Shown here in pieces: positions 19,129 to 29,709 of a stretch of DNA of 52,705 nt. A program made the position numbers and the translations under genes. The stretch spans positions 1 through 52,705 of the forward strand of contig DAOWFS010000099.1 in the NCBI GenBank assembly GCA_030637885.1. The letters are read 5' to 3'. Positions within the stretch are counted from its first letter, which is position 1, and the number at the start of each line of letters is the position of its first letter. This DNA is from Desulfobacterales bacterium. GTDB taxonomy: Bacteria; Desulfobacterota; Desulfobacteria; Desulfobacterales; Desulfobacteraceae. The notes beneath the pieces are model-generated. The model was not told where the DNA came from. It worked only from the letters and a program-made list of their open reading frames with translations, and searched no databases.

Positions 19129-19950
19129 ATGCTCCTGAAAGAGAATGAAAAGAAAAAAGTGTTAATAACTATTGTCGTGGTTTTATTTGGAGTCTTGTTT
19201 TTCACTATCTTGAATTTCAAAAAACCCGGAGAAAGGGATTTGCCAACAACAAAAGATAAAACTGTGATACCGCAAATCCTTAACGACAATAAAAAAAATA
19301 TCATAACCGATAAAGACGGAACCGTTCAGGGCAACATTGTTATCATGCCGACTATTGACTATAAGGAATTGAAAAAAAATAATAAATTAAAGCAACTCAT
19401 GGTCTCACGCAAAGAAAGCTTAGGGATTAAAAAAAGCCTTGATATGATTGTTAATTCTGATGAGAGCTTTAAAATTGGTGATATTCAAATCTCTATGAGA
19501 GATATTTTAGAAAAAGCGTTCATAAAAAAAGGAGATGTTTTCCAGGAAAAAATTGATGACTCCGGAGCTGTCCGACCTCAAAAAACAAAAGAATACGGGA
19601 TTTATGTGGTTCAGCCGGGTGATAATATATGGAATATTCATTTTAATATTTTAAAAGAATTTTATGAATATCAGGGGATAAATGTTTCACCTCAGGCAGA
19701 TGAGCCTTATGGTCAGGGGATGAGTTCCGGTGTCGGCAAGATTTTAAAATTTTCCGAAACCATGGTGATTATATACAATCTTATTGAAAAAAAAGTGGAT
19801 TCAAATATTGATCTTCTGGAGCCATTAAGTAAGATTGTGGTTTACAATATGGATGAAGTCTTTTCTCTTCTCCAGGAATTTAACTACGATAATATAGACA
19901 GGCTCCAGTTCGATGGAAAGAGCATCTGGATTCCTGCTAAAAAATTATAA
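19129..19950 (+). CDS. Membrane-anchored hypothetical protein with a LysM-like motif
   Basis: N-terminal TM helix, YVVQPGDNIWNI, and AAGGAG RBS. Confidence 0.75.
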   Translation: MLLKENEKKKVLITIVVVLFGVLFFTILNFKKPGERDLPTTKDKTVIPQILNDNKKNIITDKDGTVQGNIVIMPTIDYKELKKNNKLKQLMVSRKESLGIKKSLDMIVNSDESFKIGDIQISMRDILEKAFIKKGDVFQEKIDDSGAVRPQKTKEYGIYVVQPGDNIWNIHFNILKEFYEYQGINVSPQADEPYGQGMSSGVGKILKFSETMVIIYNLIEKKVDSNIDLLEPLSKIVVYNMDEVFSLLQEFNYDNIDRLQFDGKSIWIPAKKL

Positions 19951-19970
19951 ATTTATTTATTTATTTATTT
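19951..19970 (+). repeat. (ATTT)5 simple repeat directly before the yajC Shine-Dalgarno
   Basis: Read directly: atttatttatttatttattt followed by taaggagg. Confidence 0.8.
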
Positions 19971-19985
19971 TAAGGAGGATTTATT

Positions 19986-20330
19986 TTGATTAGTACAGCA
20001 TATGCAATGGGACAAGGCGGCGGTGCTGGACAGGCCGGTGGAATAGCAGGCTTTTTACCCATTATTATTTTATTTGCAATTTTCTATTTTCTTTTGATCA
20101 GACCCCAGCAGAAAAAAGCAAAGGACCATAGACAAATGATATCTGATCTAAAAAAAGGGATTAGAATTGTTACATCCGGTGGTATCTATGGAACCATTAT
20201 AAGTTTAGATGATACAACCATTGGTCTTGAAATAGCTGAAAAGGTGAAAATTAAAATTTCCCGGGGTAATGTTGCAGCCATAATTTCTGATGCTGAAGCT
20301 GTTCAAAAAGAAGATAAAAAGAAAAAATAA
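19986..20330 (+). CDS. yajC: Preprotein translocase subunit YajC
   Basis: FYFLLIRPQQK and VTSGGIYG. TTG start with TAAGGAGG RBS. Confidence 0.95.
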   Translation: MISTAYAMGQGGGAGQAGGIAGFLPIIILFAIFYFLLIRPQQKKAKDHRQMISDLKKGIRIVTSGGIYGTIISLDDTTIGLEIAEKVKIKISRGNVAAIISDAEAVQKEDKKKK

Positions 20331-20350
20331 ATCCATTAGGAGTAACTAGA

Positions 20351-21922
20351 TTGAAACCGTTTACCTTTAAAACTGTACTAATTTCAGGTGTTGTTTTAGC
20401 AGCCATTGTTTGTTTGCTTCCTACATTCTTTAATTGCTGGCCCCATAAAAAAATCAATTTGGGACTGGATCTTCAGGGGGGAATGCACCTTGTACTTGAA
20501 GTTCAAAATATAAAAGCAGTTGAAGCAGAGATTGAAAGGACCATACAGGAAATTAAAAAACAGCTTAGAAAAGATGGTGTGAAGCATCTTGGTATCTCAC
20601 GTCTTAAGGACAATTCCATTCTTGCAAAATTTCAAGGCGATAAAAATAAATCCGGATTTGAGACTCTCCTTTCAAAAAATTTTGAAAACCTGATCACCCA
20701 AAAACCTCAAACGGATAATAATATCATCACCTACAAACTAGCCCTGCCGGAAGAAGAGACGGACCGAATTAAAAAGATGGCCACTGAACAGGCACTTGAA
20801 ACCATCCGCAACAGGATTGATGAGTTTGGTGTAAGTGAGCCTGATATCAGGATACAGGGCGGGAACAGAATCCTGCTGCAGCTTCCCGGCATCAAGGACC
20901 CTGAAAGGGCAAAAGACCTAATCGGGAAAACGGCCCAATTGACTTTTCAGCTTGTTGATGATGACGCTGATGTCGATTCAGCCATCAACGGCACTCCACC
21001 TGTGGGAGATGAGATACTCTTTCAGACTAAATATAATCCAAGCTCGGGAACATCCAATAAAATTGCTTTTTTAATCAAAAAAAGAGTTCTTCTGGACGGC
21101 AGCCTTTTAACTGATGCAAGAGTTGAGTTTGACCAATTTCAACAACCCCAGGTCGGCATTGAGTTTAATCGAAAAGGTGCCAGGATTTTTGACCGTATCA
21201 CCGGGGAAAATATTCATAAACGCCTTGCCATCGTACTTGATAAATCGGTTTATTCAGCACCGGTCATTCAAGACAGGATAGCCGGTGGAAAAGCAAGAAT
21301 AACCGGTAATTTTACTTTACATGAAGCAAAGGACCTTGCCATTGCTCTGAGAGCAGGTTCTTTGCCTGCGCCTGTCAAAATCATCGAAGAACGCACAGTC
21401 GGGCCGACACTTGGTGCTGATTCCATCCGTATGGGCCTTATTTCAATGATAGTTGGCGGACTTCTTGTGATCCTGTTCATGGTTATATATTATAAAAGTT
21501 CCGGTTTGATTGCCGATCTTGCATTAATTATTAATATTATTCTTATCGGTGGAGGACTTGCCGCATTCCAGGCGACTTTAACTTTGCCGGGAATTGCAGG
21601 TATTATTCTTACCATCGGTATGGCTGTTGATGCCAATGTTATTATTTATGAAAGAATCAGAGAAGAGCTAAGATCCGGAAAAACTGCCCTGGCCTCCGTT
21701 CATGCCGGATTTGACAGAGCAACCTTAACGATACTTGATGCCAACGTGACCACCTTTATTGCAGCCCTGGTTCTTTACCAGTTTGGTACAGGCCCGATTA
21801 AAGGCTTTGCCGTTACTCTTTGCCTTGGTATTATTGCAAGTCTTTTTACTGCACTTGTTCTTTCAAAAAGTATTTTTGAATTTGTTCTTAAGAATAAAGT
21901 ATCGTCAAAACTAAGTATATAA
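20351..21922 (+). CDS. secD: Protein translocase subunit SecD
   Basis: LGLDLQGG, RNRIDEFGVSEP and GMAVDANVII.ERIREE. Confidence 0.96.
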   Translation: MKPFTFKTVLISGVVLAAIVCLLPTFFNCWPHKKINLGLDLQGGMHLVLEVQNIKAVEAEIERTIQEIKKQLRKDGVKHLGISRLKDNSILAKFQGDKNKSGFETLLSKNFENLITQKPQTDNNIITYKLALPEEETDRIKKMATEQALETIRNRIDEFGVSEPDIRIQGGNRILLQLPGIKDPERAKDLIGKTAQLTFQLVDDDADVDSAINGTPPVGDEILFQTKYNPSSGTSNKIAFLIKKRVLLDGSLLTDARVEFDQFQQPQVGIEFNRKGARIFDRITGENIHKRLAIVLDKSVYSAPVIQDRIAGGKARITGNFTLHEAKDLAIALRAGSLPAPVKIIEERTVGPTLGADSIRMGLISMIVGGLLVILFMVIYYKSSGLIADLALIINIILIGGGLAAFQATLTLPGIAGIILTIGMAVDANVIIYERIREELRSGKTALASVHAGFDRATLTILDANVTTFIAALVLYQFGTGPIKGFAVTLCLGIIASLFTALVLSKSIFEFVLKNKVSSKLSI

Positions 21923-21934
21923 AGGAAATAAAGA

Positions 21935-22966
21935 ATGCAGCTTATCAAGCCTGATATTAATATCAATTTTATCGGCAAACAAAAATTTGGACTTTTTTTA
22001 TCAATACTCCTTATTCTCTTAAGTATTGGATCTCTTATTATTCATAAAGGTCCTAACTATGGAATCGATTTTGTTGGCGGAACAATAATCCAGATTAAAT
22101 TCTCTCAACAGGTTCCTATTGGGAAGATACGCACAGGTTTAGCCAATATTGGCTTTAAAGATGCTTCTGTACAAAATTTTGGACAGGATCATGATCATGA
22201 ATTTTTAATTCGAACCAGCAACTCGGAAATGAGCAACAAAGGATTATCACAATCCGTATCAGAAGCGATTAAAACATCAACCGGAATTGCTCCTGAAATG
22301 CGAAGAGTGGAAATGGTTGGCCCCCAGGTAGGTGAAGATTTAAGGAAAAAAGCACTTTTAGCCATTTTTTATTCCCTTTTATTTATCACCATATATATTT
22401 CGGGCAGGTTCGAGTTAAAATGGATGTTATCAGGTGTTACAGCCGGTTCTTTAATGACGGCGGTCTATTTTCTGTCTGTCTTTAATGTAAGTATGGTCGT
22501 TCTGATTACAGCAGCCTTAATTGTTACGTTGATATTATTTTGGATTTTACAGCTCAAATATGCCATGGGCGCAATTGTTGCGTTGCTTCACGATGTATTT
22601 ATAACGGTGGGAATTTTTTCAATTTTAAACCTGGATTTTTCTTTGCCGATTATTGCTGCGCTATTGACCATAATTGGATACTCATTAAATGATACTATCA
22701 TAGTTTTTGACCGGATCAGGGAGAATCTTAAAGGCTCAAAAGCAACGGACAAACTGCCGGCTTTGTTTAACAAAAGCATAAATGAAACGCTTTCAAGAAC
22801 GATTTTAACATCAGTAACCACCCTGGTCGTTCTTTTTGCCCTTTATTTTCTTGGCGGGGAGATTATCCATAATTTTGCATTTGCCATGATCATTGGAATT
22901 TTTATTGGTACCTATTCTTCAATATTTGTTGCAACCCCTATTGTTCTTGCTGCTAATAAAAGGTAA
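21935..22966 (+). CDS. secF: Protein translocase subunit SecF
   Basis: GIDFVGG, VGPQVG, GYSLNDTIIVFDRIRE and GTYSSIF. Confidence 0.96.
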   Translation: MQLIKPDININFIGKQKFGLFLSILLILLSIGSLIIHKGPNYGIDFVGGTIIQIKFSQQVPIGKIRTGLANIGFKDASVQNFGQDHDHEFLIRTSNSEMSNKGLSQSVSEAIKTSTGIAPEMRRVEMVGPQVGEDLRKKALLAIFYSLLFITIYISGRFELKWMLSGVTAGSLMTAVYFLSVFNVSMVVLITAALIVTLILFWILQLKYAMGAIVALLHDVFITVGIFSILNLDFSLPIIAALLTIIGYSLNDTIIVFDRIRENLKGSKATDKLPALFNKSINETLSRTILTSVTTLVVLFALYFLGGEIIHNFAFAMIIGIFIGTYSSIFVATPIVLAANKR

Positions 22967-22970
22967 TTTC

Positions 22971-23666
22971 ATGGTTGGTTTGAAAAACCAAATAAATAAA
23001 ATTATTTTTCTTCTTATGCTATCGTTTTTCTTTGTTTCCTGCGGCTCTATTAATTATTTTAAAAAGAGCCCGGGAAACGAAAACCAGAGCAATCCCCAGC
23101 AGATAAAAGTATCTGAATTGGAGTCTAAAATTGCCGATATCAAGCAGAATCAGGCAAATTTAAAGCTTCAAATGGAGAATAAGAATAAAACCATAGGCGA
23201 ACTTCAGGATACTGTCTTAAAATTAAAAAAAAGAATATCCTTTCTTGAAAAAAATAAAATATCTGCAATCATAGTTCAAAAAAATAATTTGAAAAACCCG
23301 TCCGGTCTATATAAAAAAGCAAAAAATCTATTAGATAAAGACAATTTTAAGAATGCCGCTTCCCTGTTCACCAAATTTATCAAAAATCATCCTCAAGACA
23401 ATCTGGCAGATAATGCCGCTTATTGGCTTGGAGAGTGCCACTATTCGCTGGGAGATTATAAAAAAGCAATTATAAAATTTAAAGACATAGAAACAAAATA
23501 TCCAAAATCAGAGAAAGTGCCGGATGCGATTTTAAAACTGGGCTATTCATATTTATCTTTGGATGATTCTAACCGGGCTCATCACTATTTAAAAAAAGTT
23601 TTAAAAAAATATCCTTTTTCACTGGCTGCAGAAAAAGCTCAGGAAAAACTAAAAAGTTTTGAATAA
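22971..23666 (+). CDS. cpoB: Tol-Pal associated YbgF/CpoB-like lipoprotein (coiled coil plus TPR)
   Basis: Lipobox-like FVSC, coiled coil, LADNAAYWLGE and KVPDAILKLG. ATG 22971 preferred. Confidence 0.8.
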   Translation: MVGLKNQINKIIFLLMLSFFFVSCGSINYFKKSPGNENQSNPQQIKVSELESKIADIKQNQANLKLQMENKNKTIGELQDTVLKLKKRISFLEKNKISAIIVQKNNLKNPSGLYKKAKNLLDKDNFKNAASLFTKFIKNHPQDNLADNAAYWLGECHYSLGDYKKAIIKFKDIETKYPKSEKVPDAILKLGYSYLSLDDSNRAHHYLKKVLKKYPFSLAAEKAQEKLKSFE

Positions 23667-24819
23667 CACCCCTATTTTAAGAATGCAGTATTCTTTTGAA
23701 AAATATTTACCCTGGTTTGTTTTACGGGAAGTCCCGTTTTTGGGTAATACAATGTATAAAAAGTTAATCCATGGATTTCAATCGCCTGAAAATGTGTTAA
23801 ATGCTTCAAAAAATCAACTCGGAATGATTGATAAAATATCCGTTAAAATAATAAACGGCATCAAAAACCATAAAAAATTTCAAGACCGGGCAAAAAAAGA
23901 ATTAGAACTTATTTTAAACAAAAACATTCAAATTGTTACCTTGACTGATCCTTTCTACCCCGCTTTATTAAAGCAAATCCCGGATCCGCCTCCTTTTCTT
24001 ACCTACCTGGGGCAACTTGACAACTCGGCTCCGTGTCTGTCTGTTATCGGTTCAAGAAATGCAACTTCCTATGGATTAAGTACCTCTGAAAATCTTTCAT
24101 ATAACCTGGCAAAAAAAGGATTTCAGATTGTCAGTGGTCTGGCAAGAGGGATTGATGCCATGGCACATAAAGGTGCTTTAAAGGCAGGAGGAAAGACCAT
24201 CGCAGTTATGGGTTCAGGATTAAATAAAATATATCCCAGGGAAAACACAGGTTTATTTAAAACCATTGCACAAAAAGGAATAGTTTTTTCAGAATTTAAA
24301 ATCAATGCTGATCCATTGCCAACAAATTTTCCCATTCGAAACCGTATCATTGCAGGCCTTTCCTGTGGAAGCATTGTTGTTGAAGCAGCCAAAAGAAGTG
24401 GTTCACTCATCACAGCTCGCCTGGCCACAGAATATAACCGAGAGGTATTTGCGGTTCCCGGAAGTATAAAATCAAAAAAAAGCCAGGGTACACATTCTTT
24501 GCTTAAACAAGGTGCCAGGCTTGTCGAGAATGAAATGGATATTATTGATGAACTCCACCATTTTATTCATGAAAAAAAAGAAAATTATCTTCATGCACCT
24601 TTACAAAAACCAAAACCAACCCATTATAAAACCAAAAACTTAAAAGACCGAAAACTTATAGAATTAATAGAACCTTACCCGGTCCATATTGATGTATTGA
24701 TCGAAAAAAGCGGAATGGGCTCTTCAAAGGTTGCATCACAATTGCTCGATTTGGAGCTTAATGGCAGTGTGATCCGCCATCAGGGTAACTACTATTCTAT
24801 CTCGGAGGAATACCATTGA
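23659..24819 (+). CDS. dprA: DNA-processing protein DprA
   Basis: IPDPP, VSGLARGID, FPIRNRIIAG and SGSLITA. Alternative start ATG 23683. Confidence 0.95.
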   Translation: MNNTPILRMQYSFEKYLPWFVLREVPFLGNTMYKKLIHGFQSPENVLNASKNQLGMIDKISVKIINGIKNHKKFQDRAKKELELILNKNIQIVTLTDPFYPALLKQIPDPPPFLTYLGQLDNSAPCLSVIGSRNATSYGLSTSENLSYNLAKKGFQIVSGLARGIDAMAHKGALKAGGKTIAVMGSGLNKIYPRENTGLFKTIAQKGIVFSEFKINADPLPTNFPIRNRIIAGLSCGSIVVEAAKRSGSLITARLATEYNREVFAVPGSIKSKKSQGTHSLLKQGARLVENEMDIIDELHHFIHEKKENYLHAPLQKPKPTHYKTKNLKDRKLIELIEPYPVHIDVLIEKSGMGSSKVASQLLDLELNGSVIRHQGNYYSISEEYH

Positions 24820-27083
24820 CAAAACCCCTAATCATCGTTGAATCTCCAACAAAAATAAAAACATTAAAAAAATATGTGGGAAACCAATTTAATGTTGCTG
24901 CAAGTGCAGGCCATATCAGGGATCTTCCCGTTAAAACTCTTGGTATTGATATTGAAAAAAAATTCAAGGCCAAATATGTCAATATAAAAGACAAATCCAA
25001 AGTAATCACAAATTTAAAAAAACTGGCCAAGGATACCAAAGAAATTTATCTTGCCCCTGACCCTGATCGTGAGGGAGAGGCTATTGCATTTCATATTATG
25101 GATATCTTAAAAAAAAAGGACCGGGTTTTTCATCGTGTTCTTATTCATGAATTAACCAAAAAGGGCATTCAGGAGGCATTACAACATACTCTTAAACCCG
25201 ATGCTCACAAATATGATGCCCAGCAGGCAAGAAGAAAACTTGACAGACTGGTTGGTTATCAAATTTCACCTTTACTATGGCAAAAAGTCCAGAGAGGATT
25301 AAGTGCCGGAAGAGTTCAATCCGTTGCAGTTAAGATAATTTGTGACAGGGAAAGACAGATTCGAAAATTTGTTGCCGAGGAATTCTGGACTATTACGGCC
25401 GATCTTTTGGCTCAGGCTCCCCCTGAGTTTAATGCCGGTCTTATTAAAATTAACAATAAAAAAGTTAAAATAGAAAATCAAAAACAGGCAACAGATATTT
25501 TTAAAGACCTTGAAAAAGCCCAATTTATTATCCATGAAATAAAGACCAAAACAATCAAACGAAATCCTGCCCCCCCGTTTATCACCAGTAAACTTCAACA
25601 GGATGCCATCAACCGCTTAAGATTTTCCGCAAAGAAAACCATGATTGTCGCACAGCAGCTTTATGAAGGCATTGAGATAGGAACAGGGGGCCCAGAAGGT
25701 CTGATCACCTACATGCGTACTGATTCTACCAGAATAGCTCCGGATGCGGCAGGAGAAGCCCAGCAATTTATTTCACAAACTTATGGAAATGAATTTGCAT
25801 TAACCAAACCACGTTTTTTTAAAAACAAGAACAAGGTACAGGATGCCCATGAGGCCATTCGACCTACATCGGTTTTTCATACACCTGAAAAAATAAAAAA
25901 TTCTCTGTCTGCCGATCAGTTTAAACTCTATGATCTGATATGGAAACGATTTGTTGCATCACAAATGGCACAGGCAATTATTGATCAAAAAACAATTTTG
26001 ATTCAGGCAACGGATAAATATTTATTTTCAGTCAGTGGTTCAACTGTGAAATTCAAAGGGTTCATGATCCTTTATTCCCAGGATAATAATTCAAAAGAAA
26101 AAGAGATCCAGGCTCTGCCTGATGCAAAAATTGGAACTATCTTAAAAACAGAGCAGATTATTCCCAAACAGCATTTTACAAAACCCCCGCCCAGGTTCTC
26201 TGAAGCTACACTTGTAAAAGAGCTTGAAAAGAACGGTATCGGTCGACCAAGCACCTATGCTTCCATCCTGTCAGTGATTCGAGACAAAGGATATGTTGAC
26301 CTGATAAAACGGTATTTCATTCCAAGTGAACTCGGGTTTATTGTAAATGATCTGTTGGTATCTTCTTTTCCCAATGTTTTAAATATCTCATTTACAGCCC
26401 AGATGGAAACCAACCTTGACGATGTTGAAAGCGGCAGGTTAGAAGAAGTCCAACTTTTAACCCAATTTTATGCATCATTCAAAAAATATCTGGATGCTGC
26501 CAGTGAACAGATGATCAGTGTAAAAGGTGTGGGAGTTGATACAGATCTAAGCTGTCCGTCCTGTGGGAAGCAATTGAATATTAAAATCGGCAGGAATGGT
26601 CATTTTCTGGCCTGCACCGGATATCCGGACTGTTCATTTACCAGCAATTATCTTAGAGATGAAAAGGGCAAGATTTCCATTGTTGAAAAAATCATAGATA
26701 ATACCAAAGTCAAAGATTGTGTTAAATGCGGCAAACCCATGGTTCAAAAAGAAGGCCGTTTCGGCCCCTTTCTCGCCTGCACCGGGTATCCTGATTGTAA
26801 GCATACTGAATCTGTTAATGGTGAACACAGCCAAAAAGATATCGGCGTAAAATGTCCTGAAGCCGATTGTTCAGGAACAATTGTCGAAAAAAAATCAAGA
26901 AGAGGAAAAGTCTTTTTTGGCTGCTCAAAGTACCCGAAGTGTACATTTGCATCATGGGATAAACCCGTTGAAAAATCTTGTCCTGATTGCAACTCGCCCT
27001 TTCTTGTTGAAAAAGAAACCAAAAAAGAAGGCAAATTTTTAAAATGCCCCAACAAAGATTGTGGTTTTAAAGAACATCAGTAA
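24816..27083 (+). CDS. topA: DNA topoisomerase I with C-terminal zinc ribbons
   Basis: IVESPTK, DPDREGE, SAGRVQS, ITYMRTDS, and repeated CxxC...C.GYP.C units. Confidence 0.97.
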   Translation: MTKPLIIVESPTKIKTLKKYVGNQFNVAASAGHIRDLPVKTLGIDIEKKFKAKYVNIKDKSKVITNLKKLAKDTKEIYLAPDPDREGEAIAFHIMDILKKKDRVFHRVLIHELTKKGIQEALQHTLKPDAHKYDAQQARRKLDRLVGYQISPLLWQKVQRGLSAGRVQSVAVKIICDRERQIRKFVAEEFWTITADLLAQAPPEFNAGLIKINNKKVKIENQKQATDIFKDLEKAQFIIHEIKTKTIKRNPAPPFITSKLQQDAINRLRFSAKKTMIVAQQLYEGIEIGTGGPEGLITYMRTDSTRIAPDAAGEAQQFISQTYGNEFALTKPRFFKNKNKVQDAHEAIRPTSVFHTPEKIKNSLSADQFKLYDLIWKRFVASQMAQAIIDQKTILIQATDKYLFSVSGSTVKFKGFMILYSQDNNSKEKEIQALPDAKIGTILKTEQIIPKQHFTKPPPRFSEATLVKELEKNGIGRPSTYASILSVIRDKGYVDLIKRYFIPSELGFIVNDLLVSSFPNVLNISFTAQMETNLDDVESGRLEEVQLLTQFYASFKKYLDAASEQMISVKGVGVDTDLSCPSCGKQLNIKIGRNGHFLACTGYPDCSFTSNYLRDEKGKISIVEKIIDNTKVKDCVKCGKPMVQKEGRFGPFLACTGYPDCKHTESVNGEHSQKDIGVKCPEADCSGTIVEKKSRRGKVFFGCSKYPKCTFASWDKPVEKSCPDCNSPFLVEKETKKEGKFLKCPNKDCGFKEHQ

Positions 27084-27089
27084 AAAAAA

Positions 27090-29153
27090 TTAATGCCTGA
27101 TATTTATCCATTTCTGAATTGCCTGGAATACAATATCTCGTTTAATTGGCTTGGTTAAAAATTCATCCATTCCTGCTTCAATGCATTTTTGCTTAAAATT
27201 ATCAAGCACATTAGCCGTTAACGCAAGAATTGGAATTTTTTGAATTGATTGATTTTTTCTTTCAAAAGAACGGATCAATTCAGTCGCCTGAAACCCATCC
27301 ATTATTGGCATATTGATATCCATAAATATCAAATCATAGGCATCAGGGTGTAAAGTATATTTTGTGACAGCTTCCTGACCGTTAGAGGCAATATCGATCA
27401 TATATCCGGCCTTAGAAAGCATCAGGCTTGTCATTTTCTGGTTTACAGGATTATCTTCAACCAGCAAAATAGAAGCGGCATGCTTTTTATTTTCAGACAA
27501 CAAATGAGCTGTGATTATCTCGTTTCTATTTTCAGTGATGTTGCTGCCTGCCCTTTCCATTCCCATAACATAGGAAATCATTTCAAATAATTTTCTCTTT
27601 GAAACCGGCTTAGGTAAAAAACCTTTGAACCCTGCTTTGCGGAAAGTATCAGCAATACCCGGAACAGGTATTGAACAGGCAATAAAGTCAAATTGACATC
27701 TATCCGGCAGGAGTTTGTTGATTTTTTGAATAAAATCTTTGGTTAAGTTTTTAACTATTTTTCCAAAATCAATAATAGCAATATCAAACTCATGATTTGC
27801 ATCTTGTTTCAGAAAAAATTCAAGATCCGTATAGTTCACATGGAAGACTTCCATGCCGGCAAGTTTGAATTCATGGGAAAAAATTTTATGGGTCTCGTCG
27901 GATGTTGTTGAAAGCAGCGCTTTTTTACCATTTAATTGTGCGGGTCTGACCCGTCTTACCTTTTTGTTCTCTGCAATTTTAAAACAGGAGGTAAAATAAA
28001 AGACTGATCCTTTATTTACTGTACTTTCAGCTCTGACATCCCCGTCCATTTTATTAGCAATATTTTTACTGATAGCAAGGCCCAGGCCGGTTCCGCCATA
28101 TCTGTTTGTGATATCATCCTCTGATTGAATAAAAGGCTGAAATATTTTTTTTAAGTCGTCTTTTGCTATGCCGATACCACTGTCATGAACACTGATAGTC
28201 AACCTGCTAAAATTTTGATCCATTTGCTTGGCATCAATACAAAGCTTAATGGATCCTTCACTTGTAAATTTTACCGCATTACCCAAAAGGTTGAGTAAAA
28301 CCTGCCGAAACCTGTGGGGGTCACCAATAACTTGACCCGGAACAGAATCGGCAACGGAACAAAGTAATTCAACTTTTGATTCATCCACTTTGGTTCTCAC
28401 TGCATCAATGGTATCAAAGCAGAGAACTTCAGGATCAAAAGCAATTTTTTCAAGGGTGAGTTTACCTGCCTCGACTTTGGAAAAATCAAGTATATCATTT
28501 ACAACTGACAAAAGCGTTTCACAGGAAAATTTTGCATTCTTTAAAAAGGATTTTTGTTCATCATCCAGGGGTGTATCTAACAACATATCCGTGTATCCGA
28601 CAATTCCGTTTAACGGCGTTCGTATTTCATGGCTCATACTGGCAAGGAAAAAAGTCTTTGCCTTTGATGCTTCTTTTGCTTCTCTTGCTAGAATATTTGC
28701 CCGCTCTATGGCAACACACAGCTCCTGGTTGGTTTTCGTAAGATTGATTAAATTTTTCTTTTCTCTTGCTATTCTGTTGATTCTGGCAAGGGTGGAATTC
28801 AAATTAAAGGGCTTTGTCATATAGTCTGAAGCACCGGCATCCATAATGTCAACATAAGAGTAATCCGATCCATATCCGGTCATGATGATGACATCAATTG
28901 CAGGGTAACCTGTTTTTATTTTTTTGAGTAATTCAATACCATCCATTCCCGGCATTGAAATATCTGAAATGACAAGGTCAAACTCTTCTGAATCTATCAG
29001 TTCAATTGCCTTTTGGGCATCTTCAACATCCTTACAAAAAAATCCGGCCCTTTTCAAAGCTTTGGTTAAAATCAATCGAAGGCTTTCTTCATCATCCACA
29101 ACAAGTATTTTCTTGATGGGGAAATCCTTAAAATTTTGAACCGTGTTACTCAT
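27090..29153 (-). CDS. Cytoplasmic hybrid kinase (REC-HisKA-HATPase-degenerate REC-REC)
   Basis: ILVVDDE...SDISMP, FLASMSHEIRTPL, GGTGLGL and ILLVEDN...FMDINMP. ATG 29153 overlaps the efp stop (ATGAGTAA). Confidence 0.92.
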   Translation of the reverse strand: MSNTVQNFKDFPIKKILVVDDEESLRLILTKALKRAGFFCKDVEDAQKAIELIDSEEFDLVISDISMPGMDGIELLKKIKTGYPAIDVIIMTGYGSDYSYVDIMDAGASDYMTKPFNLNSTLARINRIAREKKNLINLTKTNQELCVAIERANILAREAKEASKAKTFFLASMSHEIRTPLNGIVGYTDMLLDTPLDDEQKSFLKNAKFSCETLLSVVNDILDFSKVEAGKLTLEKIAFDPEVLCFDTIDAVRTKVDESKVELLCSVADSVPGQVIGDPHRFRQVLLNLLGNAVKFTSEGSIKLCIDAKQMDQNFSRLTISVHDSGIGIAKDDLKKIFQPFIQSEDDITNRYGGTGLGLAISKNIANKMDGDVRAESTVNKGSVFYFTSCFKIAENKKVRRVRPAQLNGKKALLSTTSDETHKIFSHEFKLAGMEVFHVNYTDLEFFLKQDANHEFDIAIIDFGKIVKNLTKDFIQKINKLLPDRCQFDFIACSIPVPGIADTFRKAGFKGFLPKPVSKRKLFEMISYVMGMERAGSNITENRNEIITAHLLSENKKHAASILLVEDNPVNQKMTSLMLSKAGYMIDIASNGQEAVTKYTLHPDAYDLIFMDINMPIMDGFQATELIRSFERKNQSIQKIPILALTANVLDNFKQKCIEAGMDEFLTKPIKRDIVFQAIQKWINIRH

Positions 29154-29709
29154 TAACCCTTTCCACGTACTCGCGTGTCCTGGTATCAATTTTCACCATT
29201 TGTCCCTCTTCAATAAAAGGCGGTACCTGGACTTCAAATCCAGTTTCAAGTGTAGCCGGTTTTGTGCTGCCTGTGGCAGTATCTCCTTTTGCCCAGGGTT
29301 CTGATTTAATAATTTTAAAACTAACAAAATTAGGTAATGTAACATCAATAGGCTGGCCATTAAATAAGAGTATCGTGCAGAGAATATTGTCCTTTAACAG
29401 TTCTGTAGCATCCCCTAATTGATCTTTGGTCAGAAAGTATTGTTCATAATTGGATGTATTCATAAAACAAAAACTGGTTTTATCAGCATATAGATACTCC
29501 ATTTCCTGTTCATCAAGGTCAGCGCTTTTAAACTTGTCACCTGATCGATAGGTTCGTTCGAACTTGGCTCCACTGATCATATTTTTTAATTTGCATTTAT
29601 AAAGAGATTGCCCTTTTCCGGGTTTTTTAAATTCAAAACCAATAATCACATGTGGTTCTCCATCTATTTCAAACTTTAAACCCTTTCTTAAATCACTTGC
29701 TAAATACAT
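29146..29709 (-). CDS. efp: Elongation factor P
   Basis: KPGKGQ (Lys34-type loop), KGDTA and KPATLETG. Confidence 0.97.
   Translation of the reverse strand: MYLASDLRKGLKFEIDGEPHVIIGFEFKKPGKGQSLYKCKLKNMISGAKFERTYRSGDKFKSADLDEQEMEYLYADKTSFCFMNTSNYEQYFLTKDQLGDATELLKDNILCTILLFNGQPIDVTLPNFVSFKIIKSEPWAKGDTATGSTKPATLETGFEVQVPPFIEEGQMVKIDTRTREYVERVNE

Noticed and set aside
26530-27070. Repeated GCCTGCACCGG-TATCC segments in topA
   Set aside because: Explained by the normal tandem zinc-ribbon domains of topoisomerase I.
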